Part shown: positions 15,469 to 34,059 of the stretch, piece by piece
How positions within the stretch are numbered: position 1 is the stretch's first letter
Layout of the letters: the number at the start of each line of letters is the position of its first letter
From: the human T2T-CHM13v2.0 reference genome, Homo sapiens
DNA: 64,000 nucleotides
NCBI RefSeq assembly: GCF_009914755.1
Contig: NC_060937.1
Strand: one strand, 5' to 3'
Notes under the pieces: generated by a model
Database searches by the model: none
Told to the model about the DNA's origin: nothing
The model's input: only the letters and a program-made list of their open reading frames with translations
Translations under genes and position numbers: made by a program

Positions 15469-16492
15469 AAGAGGGGTTGCATGTCAATGGGCATCTGGAG
15501 ATGTCTAATCATTGCCTTGCACATACCTTTGACTTTCTTGCCCCCATCTTGATTTGTTTCATTCCCTTGGCAAGGCCACGCACTGAGCTACATGCAGCTG
15601 TGCCTACTACATGCCTATACCAATGCAGCTGAATATGGATGGAGAAAAACACAAAAGCCAGTCAGTTTGTTGTAACTGAAATTCATGACTTTAACCCCCA
15701 AATCTTCAGTGGGTCCTTAGTGCTTCTGGGTAATGAGACTATGCATCCCTATTCTGACCCCTCTCCACTGTCCTTCATACAATTTCACACCATTGCCTCT
15801 CTCCACCCCTCAACATCTCCTTTCCCTTCCTCTTTCTCAATTTAGGATCTTGCCTCACTTGATTCACTGAGGAAAACAAAAAACAAAAAACAAAAAAACA
15901 TATTCAAGGTCAAGGTTCAGATGGAAAGTCAGAGTCAGGTATTTCTTTCCTGGCAGGCAGGTAGTGAGAGAAGGAAAACAGAACAACTGCATTCACTAAC
16001 TCTTCTCCAAGAAACAAAAAGAGTTGAAACTCTACCTCAAGACATGAACCTCAGAGCCTTTAATCCCAAGTAAAAATAACACTCAATTCAGTATCAAGCT
16101 CCAATATCAAGAACCACCATTTATGGTTTCTGAAGACATAAATCACCTCTCAAAAAGCTACTGGGAGAAAGGGATGAATTCCCAGCAAGTTGCTGGCATA
16201 TAGGGAAGCAAATCTAATTTTTAAATAAATTACAAAGCCTCAAAATGTGCCATTTTAACTGCTTTTAATTAGCCAAGTTATCTCACTTAGAACCAACTAG
16301 GGCTGCTCCACCTCAAGAGAAGATTCACCCCTTACTCCTTCACGCCCCCATCCTAGTTACATTTTGAGGCTTTCCTCAAAAGAACCTCAGCCTGCACTTT
16401 CAAAAGCAATACAACAAAAAACTCCCACTCTTCAAAATTACTCAGTTAATTAAAGTCATTAGCCCTCTAGTAACTGTGGCATTTGACTTTAA

Positions 16493-16931
<439 letters not shown>

Positions 16932-17306
16932 TCAAATACGAGAAATGTCATCCTCTCCCTGAAATTCTCCAGGCATCATTAAAAATTTACGACTTCTCAG
17001 TAACTCAGAAGAAGGGTGGGCATCATCTTTGACCTCCTTTGGTAGATTCGTTGATTCTTTCAACAAATATTTATTAAGTTCTGTGTATATGCCACACTAA
17101 ATGCTAGGCCTATAGAGGTGAGCAAGACAACATTGGTCAGGAAAGGCCTCCTGGATGGGGTGAAAGCAGAGATTCTTAAGATAGAAGGTGGCTGGAATAA
17201 GTATCAGAGGTGGGCAGGAAGATTGGCAGGTCTAGAGGAAGAAGGACTAGAACAAAGAATCAGTATCAGAAAGCAAATTGTCAAAATGCCTCACAAACTT
17301 CTTAAT

Positions 17307-17753
17307 TGTGGATTGAATGGTGGCCTTCCCAAAATATATGTCCACCTCCCAGAACTTGTAAATGTGATTTTATTTGGAAAGGTTTTTGGAGTTGTAATTA
17401 AGGATCTCAAGATGAGATGATCCTGGATTATCCAAGTTGACCCTAAATCCAATATCGAGGTGTCATTATAAGAGATACACAGAGGAGAGACACAGAAGGA
17501 AGAGGAGAAGGTCATGTGAAGACAGAGGCAGAGACTGGAGTTAGGCAGCCACAAGCCAAGGAATGCCTGCAGCCTCCCGAAGCTGGGAGAAGCAAGGAAG
17601 CACTCTTCCCTAGAGCCTCTGAGGGAGCACAGCTCTGTTGACACCTTGATTTTGGGACTTCTCGCCTCTGCAACCATGAGAGGAAAATTTTCTGTTGTTT
17701 CTAGCCACGCAGGTTGTGGTAATTTATTATAGCAGCCCTAGGAAACCAATACA
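17307..17753 (+). mobile_element. MaLR LTR (MLT1C-like)
   Basis: GATCTCAAGATGAGAT..TCCTGGATTA...GCAGCCACAAGCCAAGGAATGCC...GCAGCCCTAGGAAAC.AATACA. Confidence 0.82.
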
Positions 17754-18353
17754 AGATGAAAAAAAGTCTAGTTTGAATGAGTAAAAATTCTCAGATTATT
17801 CTAAGAAAATACAGGTTCATTTTATCCTAATACATAAAACAAATCTCTAAGTGTTCTTGGGTGCTTGGAGAGATGAATAAACTAAATGTATTTATATTAA
17901 CAGCATCAATTTGTACATCGTGAGCTAAAACAATTAAAAACATTTTGTGTTCTTAAGTAGAGGCCCAGGTTATGGAATAAAAGCTAAAGAGATCTCAGAA
18001 GTCATCTGATCTAGCCTGATCCCAGCCTGTGATCAAACCCTTTCTGGTAGAGGGGAGGTGGCTACCTCACATCAGCTAATTTTATGTATAATAAGCCCAA
18101 ATGTGCTTCAAGATAATTTTCACATATTGAGCACAAACTCTGTCTTCTGAAGTCATAAACAAAACATTTAATCTGTCTTTCACACAACAGCCTAATTTTT
18201 TTAAACCACAATTTATTAAGATTTTTTCTTACAAAATTTCATATATACATGCATATTTTTATTGCTTTTTAAAATTTTCTATATTTTCTATGATGCATTT
18301 TTTATATTTTCTAGATTTTCTGATGCATATATATGCTCATATATACATCATAG

Positions 18354-18696
<343 letters not shown>

Positions 18697-20317
18697 GATT
18701 TTGTTTTTATATGTCTAGATTTACTATGATGCATGTATATGTGCATATATATGATGCATCATAGAAAATCTAGAAATATATGAAAAAATAAATATCGCCT
18801 GTTAGCCCACCATTGAGAGACACACGTTGTTAACATTTTGGTTTATTTCATCTCTAATATTTTATTTTTTCACCCATGTAATCATCCCTAGTTCCTTCAG
18901 TCAAACCTCATTTAAAAGGGTTTCCAGACCTTTCATCAACTTGATCATCTGTTTCATACATTCTAGTTTGTCCTTCATAAAATGTGACAACCCAGAGTAA
19001 AGATGATGTTGCAGGTCCAGTATGTCTAGGGCTGCATGAAAGGAAACTTCTCTTTTGGTCTGGGGAATCACTGTAATGAAGTTGAATGATCACAGCCTTC
19101 GTAAAATGACTAACCTCAATTCAAGTCCTGGTTCTAATGATTTATAGTCTCTGCATTTCAGGTTCTCAGTCTATAAAATGGGGAAATGAAGCTTTCCCTA
19201 TTTTTGCTGGAAGGCATAAAGGGATGTAAGTAATGTGCTTGCTGCATTGTATGTACAAATAAAAATAAATTACAGAAGTGGGTAATGTCTACTGGACTGG
19301 GTGTTGTTTCATACCCTATAGGTACAATTGCTATCCCTGTTTACAAAAAAGGACACTGAGGCACAGAGAAGTTAGGTCATCCATCTAAGACCACATACTG
19401 GGGGGTGGCAGCACCCAGGCAGTCTAAAGTCAGAGCCAGTATTCTTCACCACCATACCGCAATGTCCAGCAGCTATCATCATAACTATTATACTTCCTTC
19501 AGCATATCCCAATGCATTCAGTAAGTTTTTTGGAAGTCATATTACTTTGTGGATACATGAAAGTTTGCAACATATTAAAAAATTCTAACTGAAAGTAACC
19601 AGAATGTCATTCAATGGGTTGGATAAGTAATGGAATTACATAACAAACATTAGTACATCTATATAATGAAATACTATACAGTAACAAGAAGGAATGAGCT
19701 ATCAAAGCCACCCTAAGACATGGAAGAATCTTAAATGTGTATTGCTAAGTGAAACAAGCCAATCTGTAAAGGATACATGCTATGTGATTCCATTTATATG
19801 ACATTCTGGAAAAGGTAAATCTATAGAGATAGTAAACAGATCAGTGGTTACGAAGAAATCAGAGGATGAGGAGACTGGAGTAGGCGAAGCACAGAGGATT
19901 TCTTTAAGGTACAGAAACTATTCTGTATGATATTGTAATGGTAGATACATGAAACCATGCATTTATAAAAATCCACAGAACTTTACAGCACAAAGGATAA
20001 ACCTTAATGTATGCAAATTAAAAAAATTATTTAGGAAGTTTGATGATCCCAGTATGGAGTGCAGAATGTGAAAAAAGAATCTAACTGTATTATGAATGTT
20101 TCATCCCCTGAAAGAAGGGAGGAAAAAGTTGCAGAGAAGGGGAGAAGGCTAGAATGATCCATGTGGTACTGGATTAGATCAGTATGAACTCTTATATAGC
20201 TTAACATAGGTACACAGGGTTACAAATAGAAATATTTATGGATATGTTTCTATATGCTGATTGGTATACATACATGTATCTCTTTGCTTTTAATTACCCA
20301 GGTTCAAGGAATCCTTT

Positions 20318-21193
<876 letters not shown>

Positions 21194-21308
21194 TTAAAAA
21201 CTGTATCAGAGATCGGGGGTGAGGGAGTAACTTACAGAGGAGGAGCCTGACAAACACTACTTCAGCCACATGATCAAGGACAACGGCGAGAAGTCAGTTG
21301 ATAGTACC

Positions 21309-22680
<1,372 letters not shown>

Positions 22681-22934
22681 CAGCACTCTTGACAGGATGT
22701 GATGGAAATGGCACTTTACCTTTGGGGTTTTCCTCCAAACTCTAACTCCATCAGATAAATCCCAAGTGAAGGGCTTTCTACAAAACACCTGACCCATACT
22801 CTTCAAAATATTCAAGGCCATTAAAAACAAGGACGCTCTGAGAAACTGACAGCCAAGAGGAGCCAGAGGAGACACTGTGACTAATGGTAATGTGGTGTCC
22901 TGAATGAGATCCTGAAACAGAAAAGCAACATTAA

Positions 22935-23322
<388 letters not shown>

Positions 23323-23419
23323 TAATTGTAACAGATGTACTTAATTATTGTAAGAAGTTAATAATAGGGAAAACTAGTATGAGGTAGATGGAAACTCTTT
23401 ACTATCTTCACAATTTTTT

Positions 23420-23597
23420 CCCAGGATGGAGTGCAGAATTTTTTCTCAGCTCACTGTAGCCTCGACCTCCCTGGCTCAAGTGATCCTCCCACCTCAGCCT
23501 CCCCAAGTAGCTAGGACTACAGTCACGCGCCACCATTCCCAGCTAATTTTTTTGTATTTTTTGTAGAGACAGGGTTTCACCATGTTGCCTAGGCTGG
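23420..23597 (-). mobile_element. Internal AluJ fragment lacking both ends
   Basis: CCCAGG.TGGAGTGCAG...CATGTTGCCTAGGCTGG; no tail or TSD. Confidence 0.8.
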
Positions 23598-25197
23598 TAA
23601 AACTATTCTAAAATAAAAAATTTATTTGAAAAAATCTTTGTGTTTTTCAGATCCATTACCACTAAATTCTATTTAGATATTCAACAATGTTTTCAGTATA
23701 GTAACTATGTAATTGCTGCTCAGGGCAGAGCCAAGTAGGGTATTATGGTGATAATTTCCTTCCTATACAGCTTTTAGTTCTTCCAGTAGTTTCTATTTCT
23801 TTTTCTTCTTGTAACCTCTTACAATAATTTTTCATTTGTCTTCCAAAAGTTCCATCATATCCAGAATTTTATTTGTCTCACCTTCTTTTTGGGGAAACCT
23901 TGCCTCTCAGAGCCTCTGCGGCCAGCAAAGGTCATTTGGTGAGAGGCTAATTTAATGTGGTTCAAGCATACGGTCTTCTGGTGGCCTAATCTGATTTAAG
24001 GATAGAATTTAGGGTAGCTAAAGAAGTGAGTAAATGACATATACAGTAAATGTCCTTTCCCACTTTACTCATCTAGCACTTGGTGGTGAAGTTGATATAA
24101 TTCCAGTTCACAGCAAAGATATTTGATATTTCAGTTAGTCCCAATAGCATTGATACTTTTAAGAACCTTCTGGGATTCAAGGACTCAAGGTGGAGGCTGA
24201 CTACTCTCAGCAACCAGTAAAAAAAAATCAATGGTGCTGAGGCACAGCCAATTAACCAAAACAAAACCACCTAATGATATCATCACCCAGTCCACATTTC
24301 TTCATTTGATGGACAAAGAGTCTCTGATAGATTTTGCCAAAGTCATAAACTTCAGATAACAATAACTCTTAACTTTCTTATCCTTCTAACATTCCTAAAT
24401 AACAACAACAAAGAAGTTTTGAGGACAAAGGAAATTTTTTGGCACAGAATAGTACCTGTTTTGCACAGAATAATATATTTTTAAATGTCTTCATAAATGA
24501 CACCATATCTTTTCAACTTCCTATAAGCAGTACCTACCACAGAGTAAGTGACCAGTATTTAATTGAAGTTCTTTGACTTATCTAGTATCTGAATGGGAAG
24601 GTCAGTTTTACATTCACTTAAAATTTTGTTTTCTCCCAGATCAAAATATTTGTTTTGGCTCTATAAAGAGAGATTTCCCAGAAAAAATTTTCCTTTCTGG
24701 CTGTTAGTAAGTTAGTTCACTTCCTGTCTCTGAGTCTGTGGAAACAATTCAGAAAAGATCAACTATAATTCCCATTTTCCACCTTGTTTTTCATTTCTTT
24801 GCATTTCAAATCCTGTTTGTTTTTGTGTGTTAGCCTCTCACATAAGTACCTGCTTGATAAATACTTACTGATTTGATTTAATTTAGAAAAACACTTTATG
24901 ATTTACACAATATTGTTTAATTGGCAAAATTTGCCTCTGATGGTCGTACCCTGTCTCTGAATGTTTATCACAATTCAGAAAGTACTACATGACCCTGTGT
25001 GCAAATGAGTCACTGTATCTCCCCTACAATGGCACAGAGATTAACATCGAAGTGGCAGGAAATGAAGAATCGAATCCAGCTCAAAACCACCAAATTCCCA
25101 GCTCATTTAGCCTTCTTGGTAACTACAGTATCATTACTTTCCATTTACTTTCAAATACATCCAAACTCATGCTATCTGATTCTGACCCTGGCCAGAA

Positions 25198-25267
25198 TAT
25201 ATGTGTGTATATATATATATATATGTATGTGTGGGTATATATATATTTATTTATATATATATATATA
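25198..25267. repeat. Interrupted (TA)n/(TG)n microsatellite
   Basis: Directly visible. Confidence 0.9.
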
Positions 25268-26599
25268 ACCATTAAAAGCCATAAGGATGAGTTTACCGTT
25301 AAATCTTTGAGTAAAAGCAAAGAGGTTAAAGGAGGTTTCTTGGCACTTGTCAGGGCAGAACAGTGGCTTCTTTGTCCTTTCAGATTCTCTGTGGCTTGGC
25401 CTTTGCCTCTTCTTGGATAAAACGTTGCTCTTTGACATGCTGGGCTTCAGCCAGGTCTGCTCCTCAATCCTCCCCATAAGTTATCCCTTTCAGCCAGCCC
25501 CAGTCCAGTGGTGAACACAGTGACTCCCTGTCTCAGCAGTTAGCTTTCCAGAAAGTTGCCTGCCCACTTTGTGAATCTAACACCTGATATAAAATTTCTA
25601 ATTACAAACACCAAATTCTTTCTCCTAGGAGATCTGAAACTGCATGCTCTGCTCTTTGTTTCGACCTTTTATTTTCATTGGAAAGCCCTTGCCAAACATT
25701 GGGAACATTTCACTCCATCTGATACAGGCTTTTATCTCTTCTCAACTAGAAAAATGCATAATGCTTCATTTTCAGTATAACCAGGCAATCCATTTCCAAG
25801 ATCTGCTGTATACAATGCTCCTGCCTGGCCAGTATGCTGTGCAAAGTGCCTCAAAGGTATTTCTCAGATTCTGGCAGGACCACTTTGTTGACATTCCTCA
25901 ACAAAGGCCTTACAATTTCAAAGGCAGTTTAGCTAATTTGATTTTAGAAGTGTCAGTGGTTCTTCTTTAAGTCCTTAGACATCAAACCCACAGAGCCCTT
26001 AATACCAGATTTAGATGTGAAGTGGTGGAATTATAGAACACAAACATCATGTGGCAAGTGACCATCTGACAGATGCATATTTAAATCTGTTTGCAAAAAT
26101 GTCCCCTGTTGACTTGTTGGCATCCTAAGGTGTTGGTTAATAGACTTTACATCCCCAACACAATTGAAGAGCCTGGCCCACGTCTATTACCAAGGAAAAC
26201 AAGGTAGGGAGATGTCCAGGGATTACAAAACTCTAATAAATCCTGTTTCTTATTCCACATAATACTTAGTATACTCACAGTTTCTATTTGGTTTACACCC
26301 CTGCAGAAACCTGGATAAGTTCAGGGTGGCCCCAGGAAACAGGGAGAAAGGAAGACTGCAGGGACTGGCTGTCAGTCAATGTCAATGTCAGAGGTTGAAG
26401 TAAGGGGGAGGGAGAATCAGGGATCCTGGAGGAGTCTGCAGGGGAGAACAGACTATGCAGCAGCCTCTATCAGGACAGTTGGTGTACACTTGGCTGAACT
26501 GTCTCCTTTTTGCATTTTTCTTAGGAAACTATAATGGCAGAAAACTGAAGAGAGTTCAGATAGAAATCTTGTGTTCAACTCTGAGCACAAGACTTTCTG

Positions 26600-27310
<711 letters not shown>

Positions 27311-27548
27311 TAGGTTTCTGTCTGCTAATGCAGGAACACAAGCCTTTAAAACCACCTTAGTCTAGTGTCCTCATACTTACTTATTAATATACTGTGGTAA
27401 GTGAGAAGACAGGTGAGCACAGGTTCTATGGGTTTACAAAGAGCATTTAGATCAACCTGGAGGTTCAAAATATGACATCTAAGCTCAGATATAAAGGATG
27501 AGTCATAGTTATGCAGGGGATTTCAGTAAGTGCAAAATTTTAGGTGTA

Positions 27549-27899
27549 CAGTAGGCCCCCTTTATCCATGAGGGATATGTTCCAAGACCCCTAGTAGATG
27601 TCTGATAGTACCAAACCCTCTATAGACTATGTTTTTTTGATCTGATAACAGAGATGTCTACCAAGTGACTCACGGGTGGGTAGTGTATACAGCATGGATC
27701 CCCAGGACAAACGGAAGATTCACATCCCAGGCAGGATGGAGTGGGAAGGTGCAAGATTTCATTATGATACTCAGAATGACATGCAATTCAAGTTTACATA
27801 TTTTTTTTTCTGGAATTTTCTGTTTAATGTGTTCAGACCTCAACTGACTGCTAGTAACTGAAACTGTGGAAAGTGAAACTGTCTAAAAGGGGACTACTG
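27549..27899. mobile_element. MER44A-like (Tigger7 derivative) MITE
   Basis: TIRs CAGTAGGCCCCCTTT and AAAAGGGGACTACTG with TA on both sides. Confidence 0.8.
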
Positions 27900-27984
27900 T
27901 ATTTGGGAGGAGTTGGAATACCAGAAAAAGTGAGAGGTAGGAAATAGCAGAATAAAAGCCTGGAATGTTAAAAATAAGCCATGA

Positions 27985-28110
27985 GGCTGGGCGTGGTGGC
28001 TCATGCCTATAGTTCCAGCACTTTGGGAAGCTGAAGCAGGAGGATTGCTTGAGGCCAGGGATTTGAGACCAGCCTGGGCAACATAGCAAGACCTCATCTC
28101 TACAAGAAAC

Positions 28111-28147
<37 letters not shown>

Positions 28148-28148
28148 A
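27985..28148 (+). mobile_element. FLAM-type Alu monomer with (AAAT)n tail
   Basis: Single left arm with TSD AAGCCATG. Confidence 0.85.
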
Positions 28149-28785
28149 GAGAAGCCATGTCATGAATGGCATTTTTTATCTCCAAGATCAAAATCTTAGA
28201 CTTGGTTTTATAAGTCACTGAAAGATTTTTAAGCAAGGGAGTGACAGAACCACATGGTGACTAGGTTAAAGGGGAATGAGGAAAGACAAGAGGAAGGAAA
28301 TCAGTGGATATGTTACAACAATCCAAGAAAGTAATAATGTGGGTCTGACTTAAACAGTGGGGAATAAAAAGGAATAGAAAATTTGAGAAATATTTAGTAG
28401 ATAAAATAAGAATTGGCTGATTGACTTGGGAGGACAGGGAGTGTGTCTGAGGCGGTGGGGGAGGAGTTAAATGGTTAGATTAGATGATGGAGACTGGAGG
28501 CAGTGTCACTAGTTTAGGTGAATAATATAAAAGAAGGAATAGGTTTTGAGGGAAATGGAGAATTCAGCTTTGGGCTCATGGCACTTGAAGAACATAGCCT
28601 GTAGTCCAGTTTATAGAGAGAAAGAAAACTGCAAATTGCTATTACCATTACGACTCTCCTTTTTTTGCAGAAGAAATTCATAGCTAAGGCCATGAAAGGT
28701 GAGAGTGTCAGGGTTCCTTTTATTTGGTGCCTGATAGAGACCAGGTGCTCCTGGTGGGAGCAGCCAATCAAAAGTACTTAATAGG

Positions 28786-29017
28786 GAATCTATTGAGGCC
28801 AGGAGTTCAAGGCCAGCCTAGGCAACATAGCAAAATCCAGTATCTGGGAAAAAAAAAATTTTTGTTTTAATTAGCAAAGGGTGGTGGAACATGCCTGTAG
28901 TCCTAGCTACTCGGGAGGCTGAAGCAGGAGAATTGCTCGAGCCCAGGAGTTCGAAGCTGCCATGAGCTATGATTGCACCACTGCACTTTAGCCTTGGTGA
29001 CAGTGAGACTCTGTCTC
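28786..29017 (+). mobile_element. 5'-truncated AluJ
   Basis: TTGAGGCCAGGAGTTCAAGG...GAGACTCTGTCTC, directly abutting the poly-T of the next Alu. Confidence 0.85.
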
Positions 29018-29123
29018 TTTTTTTTTTTTTTTTTTTTTTGAGATGGAGTCTCGCTCTTGTTGCCCAGGCTGGAGTACAGAGGCACGATCTCAGCTCACTG
29101 CAACCTCCGCCTCCTGGGTTCAA
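29018..29123 (-). mobile_element. AluS(p/q) right-arm 3' fragment
   Basis: T22 plus GAGATGGAGTCTCGCTCTTGTTGCCC...GGGTTCAA. Confidence 0.87.
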
Positions 29124-30399
29124 CGAAAGAGTACTTAATAGGACTTTACACTACCCATCTCTTACACCCAGGATTTGCCTGGGAATAATTAAGAAACATG
29201 TTTCTTAACATATACACATGTTTAGGTGTATGCTTATGATGAGGGCAACAAATGTCCAATCAAGGTAGGAAGATAAAGCTAAGGTCTATATAACAAATGT
29301 CCACTAATGCAATACTTAATTCTAGACAAGGAGATAGGACTGTGGGTGGCACAAGAAGAGGAGCTTTGATTTAAAAGGTCAAATCGTTGGGAGGCATAGC
29401 CATCTTTCAGGTACTCGGAGAGTTTCCAAAGAATGGCTTATAGCCAAGAATAAGCTTCATGTGTTGGGGGCAGGGGGTGTGAATCAGGACCCAGGGGCAC
29501 ACTGGGTGGGTGGAGGGTTGGGAGCGGGACACAGGGTGGGGCTGCAACCTGGAAAGGAGTTCAAACTCAGCAAGGCAGACAAAGGGTGATGTGGCAAAGA
29601 TTATGTCAGTAAGATAGTTGTTTCCTGAGCTCTTACATAAATTAAAGTCATTAAAATTAATTTTACTATGTGATTTTTTTTACACTCCTAGTGAAAAAGA
29701 TGATACCTGGCAAATTTTCCCAAGAGTGTCTCTATACTTCTTTGGATAATTGATATCCAAGGCAGATGAGATTCAGGAGAGACTTTTATCCAATATAGAC
29801 AAAAACAGCCTTGCCTTTTGCTTTCACGTTTGAGGATTAAAGGACTTCGATTATTTAAGGGGGCTTAGTAAGTGTTGATTGCAATGACTTAGAAAATCCT
29901 TTCAGTGTCAAATGATGATGCAACGTAAGCTTTCTTGAAGAGTGAACTTAACTGTTACTGCTCTAAAGGCAGGTAATATAGAGGACATGAACAAAGAAAC
30001 AGACCTGCTTTGGCCACTGAGGAGTCTCAAGTAAATGGCATGACCTCTTTCACCTGCAGTTTTCTAGTCTGTAAAATGGGGATTGTAATTTTTTCATTGA
30101 TTCAACAAATATTTTATGAGCATCTCCTGGCACATCTCCTATGTGACAGGTACTGTTCTACCCAGTTCATAAAGTTATTTTGAGAATTACATGAAATAGC
30201 GTAAGTGAAAAATGCTTAGCATAGTTTCTACACTCTATCAGATGCTGATTGTATTAGTTTTCTATCCAAGAAGCTTTTTCAGCTTGAAAAAGATGGATGT
30301 TGAATGTTGGAGCCATTACTGGGTCAGGCCAACAATGGCGAAGACACTCAAGAGTGTTTGTTGTAAATATCAGGGTGTCTTGCACAGGGGAAGAATTGA

Positions 30400-30764
<365 letters not shown>

Positions 30765-31597
30765 TAGTAGGATGAAGGGCAAAATGTTGACCTGGGGAAA
30801 ATAGAGCAAGTGTCAGTCAAAATTATTCTGGGAAGTCTGCAGAGGTTGCCATGAAGCAGCAGGGGTGATCCAAGTTAAGACTCATCAGAAACATGAATGT
30901 CCCACTGGGTCTAGAATATCAAGAAAGAACTCCAAGATAGTTTGCTTCATCAACATGTTCAGAGTTGAGGTGCGTGACAAAATAATTGTTTTTCTGAAGC
31001 ACTTTTAACTGTGAACATTACAACATACCCACTGAACCCTGGAAAGTTAATTTGTAGTTTGAAAAATTGACCAGATAAGGACCCTGATACTTCGGATATT
31101 AACATTTGCCAGTGCTCTAAGTAGTTCATTTTAAAAAGGAAAGGAAGAAAAGCTGACTTAAGCTACAAAACATGTTTTCTCCCAGTATCACTGATATATT
31201 ACCTTTGCTTCTGAAGTGGGTTGGTTCATTAGCAAAGGGTGCAGCATTTTCCACTTCCCTTTTACAAACTGAACTTTAGCCCAGACCCTGAAGAGTCTAT
31301 GGAGGTTGGTCAGTAATCACAATGGAATAGGATATGCCTTACCCTCAAAGAGAGACGTGGAAGGTCAAGGTCATTTGCAGGTGCCTCCCTCAGTGCTCGG
31401 AAATGGTATACATTTCTTATAACAATATGTGATACTGTAATTACCTACTTATTTTTCAGTCTTTTCCAATAGACTATAAGCTCTTCAAGTGCAGAGACTG
31501 TGTATTATTAATCACTGTAAGTCCAAATGCTTAAAAAGCCACTAACAGGAAGGGCTCAGTAAATGCTTTATACAAAGTGAGTGGATCAATGTACAGA

Positions 31598-31700
31598 GGG
31601 ATTGATGGATGAATGGATGGATGGTTGGATGGATGGATGGTTGAATGAATGGATGAATGGATAAATGGTTGGTTGGTTGGATGGATGGATAGATGGATGA
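31598..31700 (+). repeat. (TGGA)n-type repeat at an L2 3' end
   Basis: GGATGGATGG/TGAA/TGGT variants following L2-like GCTCAGTAAATGCTT. Confidence 0.85.
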
Positions 31701-32869
31701 CTCCTGGATTCCTGCCATTAAAGAAAAACCATCACAACAATAAAGAAAATGGTGCTCAAGTGAAGGGTGGACAAGATAGATGAGATTGACTTGGGCCCAG
31801 AAGAGTCACTAAAAGGGCATATAATCCTAGAATCATTGGGAAGAAGGAAACTTGGATCAATTTTTGCCACTGCTTCTTCTAATCCATCCTCCCAAGAGTC
31901 TGGTCTGTACCTCCAGTAGAGAAAACTGCTACTGGGTAAACAAGGTTATCTTTGTGGGACTGAAGAACAAGTAAGAGCTCCAAGACTTACTGAGAAGGAC
32001 AGAAGGCCTGTCTACCTTATTCCTGTCCATGGAGTAGAAACCCTGAGAGGCAAGGGCTCCATGTGCCTGAGGGAGACAGAGTTATGGGTTTCTTGGGCCA
32101 CTGAACAGTCGTCATGACAATAGTCCCAGAATAACTACTTCCCATAAGGGATGGACTATGGGGGAGTGAGGAATGAAGGACCTTTGGGAGTGCAGTCAGC
32201 AAGAGCTTGTTTGCAGACCTCAGTGAGCTCCAGGGGACTGCATTTGGTAGCTAGAGATTTGGTAGGGTCAGCAGCAATAAGGCACCAGCAATATAAACTC
32301 TTTTGCTCCCAGGAAATCTCAAGCTAGAGACTGATATGATTGAATAATAAGAGAACAGCAATCCATCAACCTCTCCGAGACACACAGAAACTGCCCCTAG
32401 TGAAGGTTTCTGCAAACCTGTAGGCAATGAGGTGAGGGCAACCTCCAGGGATAGCTCATTGGTCTCCCAAGCAGCCAGGAGCTGAAAAACTGGCGAGGGG
32501 TGGGTGGTGCCAGGGGAGAGTTGAGGGACCGCACTTCCCCTCCCTGAGCAATGCTGACCCAAGGGCCTTTGGGAGGAGGTTGTGCCACAGGACCGGTCAT
32601 CAGAGAAGGAAGTCATTGCCATTCTACTAGCAAGTGAAGCTTGGGAATATAGGCAGGCTTTCAACTAGCTGCATGGAAAACAGCCCCAGGGTTCATCTGC
32701 AGGGTGCCCCCCTCCCCAGTACATGATTAACGTGGACACCTAAAAATCCAAGCTTATAATTTATACATTTGTCAAGGTGGGGTATGTTGGAGAAGGCGGG
32801 CCAAGCTTACTGTATAAAAGGAATGCTTCATTTCGTAGAATGTTATTCCCCTGCAGTTGCCTCTCACAG

Positions 32870-34059
<1,190 letters not shown>

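Noticed and set aside
24989-25477. ORFs with YIYIYI runs
   Set aside because: They are read-through of a (TA)n microsatellite.
25580-26125. Protein-looking minus-strand frame (EIVRPLLRNVNKVVLPESEKYL*GTLHSILARQEHCIQQILEMD...)
   Set aside because: About 8 stops in ~175 codons is near random expectation, and I recognise no family. It needs tblastn or PhyloCSF before any claim.
29692-29867. Plus-strand AG...GTAAGT exon-like unit
   Set aside because: It is isolated and has stops in all frames, consistent with a background pseudo-exon.
31598-31700. Repeat array considered as CRISPR-like or satellite
   Set aside because: It is a simple (TGGA)n expansion at an L2 tail, with no repeat-spacer structure, in eukaryotic DNA.
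31900-32650. Moderately GC-rich segment with a 137-aa minus-strand ORF
   Set aside because: No recognisable protein or splice structure; probably a decayed LTR that I cannot assign.
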